Part shown: positions 1-6,699 of the stretch, piece by piece
Position numbering within the stretch: the first letter of the stretch is position 1
Layout of the letters: every line of letters begins with the position of its first letter
DNA from: a bacterium
GTDB taxonomy: Bacteria; Arandabacterota; Arandabacteria; Arandabacterales; JALGWA01
Assembly: GCA_050125095.1 (NCBI GenBank)
Contig: JASFEA010000091.1
Coordinates: 1-12,795, forward strand
Length of the DNA: 12,795 bases
Direction: 5' to 3'
Notes under the pieces: generated by a model
What the model saw: only the letters and a program-made list of their open reading frames with translations
Databases searched by the model: none
Told to the model about the DNA's origin: nothing
Program-made: the position numbers and the translations under genes

Positions 1-288
1 CAGGGGGGCGGTGGCCCCGTCGAAAGCCACATCCAGGAATCGCCTTATCTCTTTCTTAAGCATCGCCGGTTTGGATATGGCGGGCGTGTAAACCCATGCC
101 TTGCCCCTTTTGTGAACGCGCTTGATTGCGCCCTTCTGTTCGAGCCGCTCCACTATTTTCCTTACGGTGGAGTAACTCGGGGGTTGCACCAGGTCGCGGT
201 GGATCTCACCTACTGTCGCCTCGCCCCGGGCCCACAATTTCCGGAGACACTGCAGCTCGAAACGCGAGAGGTCGGGCAGTCTGCTCAT
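1..288 (-). CDS. BlaI/MecI/CopY family transcriptional repressor (3' end truncated by the window edge)
   Basis: Hand translation from ATG at 288 gives MSRLPDLSRFELQCLRKLWARGEATVGEIHRDLVQPPSYSTVRKIVERLEQKGAIKRVHKRGKAWVYTPAISKPAMLKKEIRRFLDVAFDGATAPL, open to base 1. It has the LS..E...L..LW, Y.TV...L.RL..KG, Y.P and FDG hallmarks of BlaI winged-helix repressors. SD-like AAAGGA lies 6 nt upstream. Confidence 0.92.
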   Translation of the reverse strand, partial: MSRLPDLSRFELQCLRKLWARGEATVGEIHRDLVQPPSYSTVRKIVERLEQKGAIKRVHKRGKAWVYTPAISKPAMLKKEIRRFLDVAFDGATAPL

Positions 289-304
289 TGCTGTTCCTTT
301 CTGC

Positions 305-349
305 TACGTTTGTCACAGGTATTATCGGACAGATGTCGCACTTCGTCAA
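305..349 (-). promoter_or_regulatory. sigma70 promoter of the blaI-like gene with two BlaI-type operator boxes
   Basis: Minus strand TTGACG (349-344), 17-nt spacer, GATAAT (326-321). The palindrome GACA-GA-TGTC (328-337) lies in the spacer and TACG-TT-TGTC (305-314) lies just downstream. Both resemble the BlaI/CopY TACA-NN-TGTA box. Confidence 0.75.
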
Positions 350-459
350 GGGGTTTTCTCCGCGGCGCATGAAAAAAGGAATGCCCCGGCGGAGAAACTT
401 GGCGCGGGGGTTTTCATCTAAATAGACAAAGGGGTGAGATTGACGGGAGGTGAGGGAAG

Positions 460-1053
460 ATGAAGATCATGCTTCACGTACTGGAAATAGCGCTGTTCCT
501 GGGTATGATGAGCGCCGCGGTGTCGATAGGCGGGGACATACCCGATGCCGACTCCGCGCCGCGTGAGGGCCGGATGAAAACGGAGAGAGCCACGTTCGCA
601 GCGGGATGTTTCTGGGGTGTAGAGGCGAAATTCAGGGATATTGAAGGGGTGTTGGACACCCAGGTGGGATATACCGGCGGCAAGACCGAAGATCCCACTT
701 ATCATGATGTATGCACGGACAGAACGGGCCATGCCGAGGCCGTGCAGGTGACCTTCGATCCCGAGGTCGTGTCCTATGACGAGTTGCTGAAAGTATTCTG
801 GGAGCTCCATGATCCGACGCAGCTCAACAGGCAGGGCCCGGACTACGGGAGCCAGTACAGGTCGGTTATATTCTTCCACGGTCCCGAGCAGGAGGCCAGG
901 GCAAAGGCCTCCAAGAAGATGCTCGAGGAGTCAGGCAGGTACAAGAAGCCCGTAACGACCGAGATCGTTGAGGCGGCCGAATTCTACAGGGCCGAGGAAT
1001 ATCACCAGCAGTACCTGGAGAAGCGCGGCATAAACAGGTGCGGCTCACATTAG
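460..1053 (+). CDS. msrA: Peptide-methionine (S)-S-oxide reductase MsrA with N-terminal extension
   Basis: Motifs [10 protein letters not shown] (catalytic Cys50), VGYTGG, PTYxxVC, TGHAEAV, [19 protein letters not shown] and a C-terminal Cys. GGAGG at 446-450 precedes the ATG at 460. Alternative start ATG at 574. Confidence 0.96.
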   Translation: MKIMLHVLEIALFLGMMSAAVSIGGDIPDADSAPREGRMKTERATFAAGCFWGVEAKFRDIEGVLDTQVGYTGGKTEDPTYHDVCTDRTGHAEAVQVTFDPEVVSYDELLKVFWELHDPTQLNRQGPDYGSQYRSVIFFHGPEQEARAKASKKMLEESGRYKKPVTTEIVEAAEFYRAEEYHQQYLEKRGINRCGSH

Positions 1054-1076
1054 GCCGCGGGTATGACACAGGTTCC

Positions 1077-1163
1077 GTAAGGCGGAAAGCGACAAGCCGG
1101 TCTGCAGAGACACCTTGTGGTCAGTCGTGACGGAGGCAGATCGGCTTTCGCTTCCGTCTTTAC
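1077..1163 (+). repeat. Long imperfect inverted repeat / candidate structured RNA
   Basis: GTAAGGCGGAAAGCGACAAGCCGGTCTGC (1077-1105) pairs with GCAGATCGGCTTTCGCTTCCGTCTTTAC (1136-1163): about 27 pairs, 2 G.U, 3 single-base bulges, 30-nt apical region. Confidence 0.7.
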
Positions 1164-1275
1164 CATTCGCTCGCCTGTCAGCGCCGAAGCCAATATGGTC
1201 TAGGCAATCCTCCTTTCTTTTCCTAGAGTAAGTCGTACATGAGAAATAACGCATGAGAGGAAAGTGAGGTAAAGC

Positions 1276-2733
1276 ATGCGATCAACCCCTGGACGGAGCA
1301 AACACCGCCTGGCTTTGCTCCCTGCCGCGATTCTGCTGCTCGCCCTGGCGGCCCCGGCCGCATACGGAGCCGGCGAGGCCGGCATCGAAGGATACTGGAG
1401 AGGCTATCAGGATGACGGCAACTGGTCTTTCGTCTACCAGTTTCTGGAGACTGCTCCGGGTCAATACAAGGGCATCATCCATGTGTACCGGGGCGATGAG
1501 AAGATGGAGGAAGTGCCGATCAAGAGCGTTGAGTTCGCGGGCGGCAAGGTCAAGCTGCTGGTGGAGCTCAACAACATACGCATAGAGGGACCTGTCGACT
1601 TCGAGGAGCGCGTCATTCAGGCGACCTACTTTTACCAGGACGGCTCCACCGCCGACATGGCGCTTAACTGGGTCGAACCCGAGACGCTCAAGGGACTTGA
1701 GGCCAGGTCCGCGCCGGGAGGAGGGGAGTACGTTTACGAATACAGCCGGCCCGGCGAGACGAAGGACGGCTGGAAAGTGTCTTCGCTTGATAAAGAGGGC
1801 CTGGACAGGAAGAGGATAGAAGACCTTGTGATGGCCGCCGTCGGTGGTGAATTCGGGCAGCTTCACTCGCTCGTCATGGCCAGAAACGGCAGGCTGGTGC
1901 TGGAGGAGTATTTCTATGGCCATGACGCCGGGTCGGTTCACCGGCAGGCCTCGGTTACCAAGAGCGTCTCGTCGCTGCTCATCGGCATAGCCATAGACAG
2001 GGGAGAGATCGCCGGCGTGGACGAGAATATCATGGCTTTCTTCCCCGGCTACCAGGACAGGGCGGCAGCTGGCTGGGAAGAAGTCACTCTGGAACATATC
2101 CTGACAATGACCGGGGGTGTGGGCTGGGATGAAGACGACCTCTCGGGTTTCTATGAAAGCGATGACCACTTCGGTATTGTGTTCGAACAGCCGGTCGAGG
2201 GCACACCGGGAGCGGAGTTTGAGTACGTCAGCCCCAATGTCGACCTGCTGGCGGGCGTGATCAAGGAGGCTACGGGCATGCACGCGGACGTCTATGCCGA
2301 AGAGCACCTCTTCGGTCCGCTCGGCTTCGGTGACTACGACTGGGAATACGGCAGGTGGGAGGGATATCCCCTGATGGACGGTTCGCTTCATCTCTTGCCG
2401 CGCGACATGGCCAAGCTCGGCCAGATGGTCCTGGACGGCGGCAGGTGGCGCGGCAATCAAGTGGTCTCGGCGGAATATATAAGCGCGTCGACCGCGGCTC
2501 ATGTTGATGTCGACGGCCCCGAGGAATACGGTTACCTGTGGTGGCGAACCGAGGCCCCGTTTGAGGGTAGTCTGGTTCAGGGCATATATGCAAGCGGGTG
2601 GGGGAGCCAGTTCATCTTCGTGCTGCCGGAGTACGACCTCGTGGTCGTGACGACAGGTGGGAACCATGATAACGGGATGAATTTCGCGCCCGCGAAGATG
2701 TTCCCGGAATACATATTGCCGGCGTTGAAGTGA
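1276..2733 (+). CDS. Secreted serine hydrolase, beta-lactamase (class C / NylB-like) fold, with an extra N-terminal domain
   Basis: Signal peptide (basic N-terminus, LALLPAAILLLALAAPAAYG). SxxK motif SVTK at Ser226 (1951-1962), TLEHILTMTGG, PGAEFEY (Tyr317), LLPRDMAKLGQ, YGYLWW and ASGWGSQFIFVLPEYDLVVV. GAGG SD at 1266-1269. Confidence 0.92.
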   Translation: MRSTPGRSKHRLALLPAAILLLALAAPAAYGAGEAGIEGYWRGYQDDGNWSFVYQFLETAPGQYKGIIHVYRGDEKMEEVPIKSVEFAGGKVKLLVELNNIRIEGPVDFEERVIQATYFYQDGSTADMALNWVEPETLKGLEARSAPGGGEYVYEYSRPGETKDGWKVSSLDKEGLDRKRIEDLVMAAVGGEFGQLHSLVMARNGRLVLEEYFYGHDAGSVHRQASVTKSVSSLLIGIAIDRGEIAGVDENIMAFFPGYQDRAAAGWEEVTLEHILTMTGGVGWDEDDLSGFYESDDHFGIVFEQPVEGTPGAEFEYVSPNVDLLAGVIKEATGMHADVYAEEHLFGPLGFGDYDWEYGRWEGYPLMDGSLHLLPRDMAKLGQMVLDGGRWRGNQVVSAEYISASTAAHVDVDGPEEYGYLWWRTEAPFEGSLVQGIYASGWGSQFIFVLPEYDLVVVTTGGNHDNGMNFAPAKMFPEYILPALK

Positions 2734-2742
2734 CATACATCC

Positions 2743-2807
2743 GCCGCGTCACTAGGAGGCGCGGCCCGGGGGTCATGCCGTCCGTGGCCGGTATGGTCCC
2801 CGGTTTA
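2743..2807 (+). terminator. Tandem hairpins after the hydrolase stop; probable terminator/stability element
   Basis: GCCGCGTC/GGCGCGGC (2743-2765) is followed immediately by the 15-bp stem CCGGGGGTCATGCCG/CGGTATGGTCCCCGG (2766-2803), then TTTAG. The site lies between convergent genes. The U-tract is short. Confidence 0.6.
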
Positions 2808-2820
2808 GTGAATAGATCTT

Positions 2821-5800
2821 CTACTTCAATATGACAGCTTTGCGCGTAAACTCTAAGCCGCCTGCAGCCATTCTTATGAAATAGACGCCGGGCCCGAGGT
2901 CTTCGGGGCATTTCCAGCGCACCGAGTGGCGTCCCGGCTCGAACACGCCGTCGGCGATGATATCTACGAGCTTGCCGCTCACTTCATAGGCCTCTATGCG
3001 TACCCAGGCTCTTACGGGCGAGGCGAAGCGTATCTCCGATTCGCGCGCAGCCGGATTGGGGCTTACCGGGGCCAGGGCGAAAGCGTCCGGCGCGACGTGC
3101 AAATCGCCGTCGTCGATCCTCACCGAGGCCAGGTCGTCCGTGACGACCACGTCGTCTATGTACCAGCCCTCCTCGGCGTCGAAATGCTCGCCGGCGCCGA
3201 AGTTGAACCTGATCCTGGCCGGCCCTTCGTAGAGGGAGAGGTCGAATTCGACCTGTGTCCACCCGCCTGTCCAGGCAAAACAGGGAGTCTCCGGCGGGAT
3301 GGGGGTGGACGTCCCGGGGTATATCCTGTATGGATAGCCGCCCACAGGCGCGATCTGGGTCCAGGTGCAACCGCCGTCGGTGGAGATCTCCACCAAGCCG
3401 CCGTCGGAGGCGTAGTCTCCCGACTCGAGCTCGGCCTGTATGAAGTGCCAGAAATTCAGGCTCGCGTTGGGACCGAGACACACCTCCGGCGTCACCAGGC
3501 CGCCGTGAGAGTAATGGGTATAACGCTCGGCGCCGGGGCCTCCGAATTTCCATGAGTAAGCCCCACCCGGAGTATGATTCCTGTGAGTCTCCAGGTGCCA
3601 CTGGTCGACGAAGCCGGCCACGATGTCTTCGTGATACCACATTCCCTGGCCGGCTTCCAGGTCGTCATCGAGCGAGCCGCCCGTGAATACGACAGCGCTG
3701 CACGTTGCCGTTCTGCCTGAGGCGAAGTCCAGGGCGATAACAAGATCGATAGGGTGCGCGCCAGGGCAGTCCGGAGCGACGCTCATGACGCAGGGCGGCG
3801 CCGCTGTGGCCGAGCTCCCCGCCGGAATTGAGGTTATATAAGTGCCGCCCGAGAGGATCTCAGTGTACGGGTCCGACTCGCTTACATGGAGGCTGACGCT
3901 GCCGCCTCCACCGGTACCCCCGTTATGGACCGTGAGGCCTAACTCAACCGTCTCGCCGGGACCGATGCAGCCGTTGCCGTCCCCGTAGAGGAGATCGCCC
4001 ACACCTACGTCCGATATCCCAAGGTCGGGCGCGCAGAGGGCGATTGCGTGGTGCCGCGTGACGGAGGTGTCCGAGTAATCAATGTGAATCTCGAGCCCGA
4101 CTTCGTGTTCATCAGGCGCGTCGGGGTCTATGCCGATTACGAAAGCCGCGTCGGGCCCGGCGGTCGATCCCGGACCTATGGTTCCGTAACTCGCCACCGA
4201 ATCCCCGACCGATATATAAGGGTCATCGACGCGCAGGGTCGCCGTCACCGCTGTTGCGGCGGCCTGCCCTATGTTCTTGAGGTCTGCGCTTAACTCCACG
4301 GTCTCGCCGGCGTCCGCATCGCCGTCGGAGTCGCCGCTGCTCGGTGCCGTGCCGTCGTCGTCGAGCGTGACGCCTTCGAGCATCACCAGCGGCTCTGTGG
4401 CATCGATTACCTCCAGCGTATATGCCGCGCCGTAGAAGTTGTGAGCCATCACCGCCACGTACAACGAGCCCGGCCGGGCGATGAGCGGACAGAGCCGGAC
4501 CACGCCTGCCGCGTCGGTGAATCCATGGCAATAATGCGCGCTGTCCGAGACCACGCTCACCCTTGCGCCCTGGACGGGGTCGGACCCGTCGGTCACGCTT
4601 ATCTCGACCTCATTGGCCGAAGTGTATAACACCTCCGGCAGCGTCACGGTCAGGTTGCCGGGGGTGTCCGTCCAGATGTCCATGGAGGGCTCGCCCAGGA
4701 GAACGCGCGAGTAGTGCTCCCATCTGATGGCCCGGAAGTCGATGTACGGGATATTGTCCACCTTGCTGTCATCATGGGCGCCGCCCACAGTGGTGATATC
4801 CTCACCGAATACGGCGTCAAAGAACTGGCGGTCATAGTACTGGCCCGCGCCCCTCGTGCTCTCATGAGCGCTCGCCCCGTACCGCGTCGTCCCTATCCAG
4901 GCGGCCGCGCCGTTCTCGATGTAGGTGAATATCTCTCCCACGGAGTCATCGCCGTAGGAGCCGTCGGGGTACTTATTGTCGAAGGCCGCCGTATAGCAAC
5001 CCTGGATGAAGGCGACGAAGTAGGAATTGGTGACGCCGTCATTGGTGAAACTCGAGAGGATGTCGGCCGCGTACATCTTCATGGTGTAGTAGTTGTTGGA
5101 GTGGCCCAGGTGGTTCTGAACGTGAATGCCGCTGTTGAGATTGTTGATGACGTCCCACTTGTCCCATTCGCCCGGGTAGAGGTCGCGGTCATAGAGCTCG
5201 ATGATGTTCCATGAGGCCGGGATACCGACGGTTGTGTAACCGTGGGCGGAGCTTCCTCCGGCGATCTCCTCCTTGCTGTCGCTTCCCCAGGTGGGCTCGG
5301 GATATAAGAGCTCGCCCGTCATATGGGCATTCTTGATCTGGCCTGCTACCGGGGCCGTCTGGTACCTTATCACCTTGCTGACGAAGTTGGCAGCTTCCTG
5401 GACCGTTTCCACCGATGCGCGCCCCACGCTCACCTCGGGTATGAGGTCGGCCTCCCCGGGCTCTCCCCACCTGCCGTCGCCGTCGGTGTTCCAATCGCCG
5501 TCGAGGGCGGCGTAATAGATGTCGGCCGGCACGTCATTGTCTGTGACATAAGGCAGAATCTCGCCGTACATGCCGCGGTGTGGCACTACGGAGTCGTCGC
5601 CGCCGAGCAGCACGTATTCCGTGCCCCAGTAGAGGTAGGCGTCCCTTATGAATGCCCGGATCTTCTCCTGTAGGTCTACACCGTCATAGTGGGGGGTGAT
5701 CTCGGCGATGCGGACGATTCTGGCAGTGAGCCCCTGCGAGTCCTTGAGGGCCTTGAGGTCTTCGAAAACCGGCTTCAGCGTGGCGTTAGTTATGATGACG

Positions 5801-6501
5801 TAGATGTAGGTGTCGGCGGGGTTCACGAGGCTGGAGCCAAGTGTTAGATGATTGCTGCAACTATATGATGTAACATAAGTTATATCATCAGCAAGCGCTT
5901 CGATATGGGCCCTGTCTTCCGCGCCGCCCCTTAAGGTCATGAGCGAGCGCCCCATAAGGCGGCTGTCGGGCTCGGTCTCGATTGCGACGGTGAGCCTCCG
6001 GCCCCAGCGGATCTCATTGCTTGAGCCGATGTAGGTGACGGGGTAGACCCTTATGTACGCGACATTGTATCCCCGCATCGTCTGGGTGGTGAGGTGAACG
6101 GCTCTCGACGCGGGGTACTCGAGGTCGCTGTCGAAGACGGCGGCGTCCGCCGGGAGCCGCTCGAACGGTCCTTCCCACGTCAGCGGAGTCTGCGGCTGTT
6201 CCCACTCAAGCGGAGCCGGCAGGCTGAACGCCAAGGTCCGGGGGGAATCGGCGTTTACGGAGGCGACCCGCTCTCCCTGGGGGAGGACAACCTTGAGCGT
6301 GTAAACGGGGAGAAGCGGAAAGCCCGGCCGCGCGAAGAGCGGGAGGCCGTCCACTCCTACGTTGCAATTCATATCCCCGGACTCGATCGCGGGCGGGCCG
6401 AACTCCAGAGTGGTCTGTATTGAAGCGGCCTCCGGCTCGCCGCATGCCGCAAGAACACATAAGGCCGCCGCAGGAATCGCCGCGAGTACCGCGCTCTTCA
6501 A
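2821..6501 (-). CDS. Large gingipain-like C25 cysteine peptidase: propeptide, catalytic domain, Ig-like domains, jelly-roll domain, T9SS/FlgD-like C-terminal tail
   Basis: TTG start with AAGGAG 7 nt upstream. Propeptide motif G.P.LP. Catalytic-region motifs IRAFIRDAY..WGTEYVLLGGD, ADIYYAALDGDW, PEVSVGR, NHLGHS (His467), QGCYTAAFD (Cys502) and LLGEPSM. Tail SPNP...YEVSGKLV...PGVYFIRM...TRKAVILK. Confidence 0.93.
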   Translation of the reverse strand: MKSAVLAAIPAAALCVLAACGEPEAASIQTTLEFGPPAIESGDMNCNVGVDGLPLFARPGFPLLPVYTLKVVLPQGERVASVNADSPRTLAFSLPAPLEWEQPQTPLTWEGPFERLPADAAVFDSDLEYPASRAVHLTTQTMRGYNVAYIRVYPVTYIGSSNEIRWGRRLTVAIETEPDSRLMGRSLMTLRGGAEDRAHIEALADDITYVTSYSCSNHLTLGSSLVNPADTYIYVIITNATLKPVFEDLKALKDSQGLTARIVRIAEITPHYDGVDLQEKIRAFIRDAYLYWGTEYVLLGGDDSVVPHRGMYGEILPYVTDNDVPADIYYAALDGDWNTDGDGRWGEPGEADLIPEVSVGRASVETVQEAANFVSKVIRYQTAPVAGQIKNAHMTGELLYPEPTWGSDSKEEIAGGSSAHGYTTVGIPASWNIIELYDRDLYPGEWDKWDVINNLNSGIHVQNHLGHSNNYYTMKMYAADILSSFTNDGVTNSYFVAFIQGCYTAAFDNKYPDGSYGDDSVGEIFTYIENGAAAWIGTTRYGASAHESTRGAGQYYDRQFFDAVFGEDITTVGGAHDDSKVDNIPYIDFRAIRWEHYSRVLLGEPSMDIWTDTPGNLTVTLPEVLYTSANEVEISVTDGSDPVQGARVSVVSDSAHYCHGFTDAAGVVRLCPLIARPGSLYVAVMAHNFYGAAYTLEVIDATEPLVMLEGVTLDDDGTAPSSGDSDGDADAGETVELSADLKNIGQAAATAVTATLRVDDPYISVGDSVASYGTIGPGSTAGPDAAFVIGIDPDAPDEHEVGLEIHIDYSDTSVTRHHAIALCAPDLGISDVGVGDLLYGDGNGCIGPGETVELGLTVHNGGTGGGGSVSLHVSESDPYTEILSGGTYITSIPAGSSATAAPPCVMSVAPDCPGAHPIDLVIALDFASGRTATCSAVVFTGGSLDDDLEAGQGMWYHEDIVAGFVDQWHLETHRNHTPGGAYSWKFGGPGAERYTHYSHGGLVTPEVCLGPNASLNFWHFIQAELESGDYASDGGLVEISTDGGCTWTQIAPVGGYPYRIYPGTSTPIPPETPCFAWTGGWTQVEFDLSLYEGPARIRFNFGAGEHFDAEEGWYIDDVVVTDDLASVRIDDGDLHVAPDAFALAPVSPNPAARESEIRFASPVRAWVRIEAYEVSGKLVDIIADGVFEPGRHSVRWKCPEDLGPGVYFIRMAAGGLEFTRKAVILK

Positions 6502-6592
6502 ATACGCACTCCTTCTGGATATTCCCGGCCGTCAATCCGCGTATAATACGCCTGCTGGCGGCTCTCCGGATGTCCGTTGTCTTCCTACATAT

Positions 6593-6601
6593 ATTATAAC
6601 A
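6593..6601 (-). promoter_or_regulatory. Extended -10 promoter for the large C25 gene
   Basis: Minus strand reads TGTTATAAT (TGn-TATAAT) in an AT-rich patch about 92 nt upstream of the TTG start. Confidence 0.6.
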
Positions 6602-6699
6602 CAGTCCGGGGGCCATCAAAAGACCGGGTTCGGACGGGGGGGGAGGTGAGCGGAGAATCTATATGCCGGCGCAGTCACCGGGGCAGTCAGCCCACAAAC

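Noticed and set aside
112..425. Plus-strand ORFs 112-372 and 126-425
   Set aside because: They overlap the better-supported minus-strand BlaI-family gene and its promoter.
1118..1143. GGTCAG...GGAGGCAG resemblance to SRP (4.5S) RNA helix 8
   Set aside because: It lacks the CAGG/AGCA symmetric loop and a paired stem closing a GNRA tetraloop.
1045..1254. 69-aa minus-strand ORF and the strong minus-strand AAAGGAGG near 1209-1216
   Set aside because: No start codon lies at usable spacing after that SD and the peptide shows no family features. The tract is better explained as a plus-strand anti-SD, but a tiny gene is not fully excluded.
1282..2736. 484-aa antisense ORF spanning the hydrolase
   Set aside because: It is the codon-aligned mirror of a real gene in GC-rich DNA and has no recognisable motifs.
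2731..2808. TGA followed by a hairpin as a possible selenocysteine/SECIS read-through (also TGT-TGA-TGC at 11734-11742)
   Set aside because: Both proteins are complete at the stop, the extensions are short and motif-free, and the second would run antisense through the tRNA.
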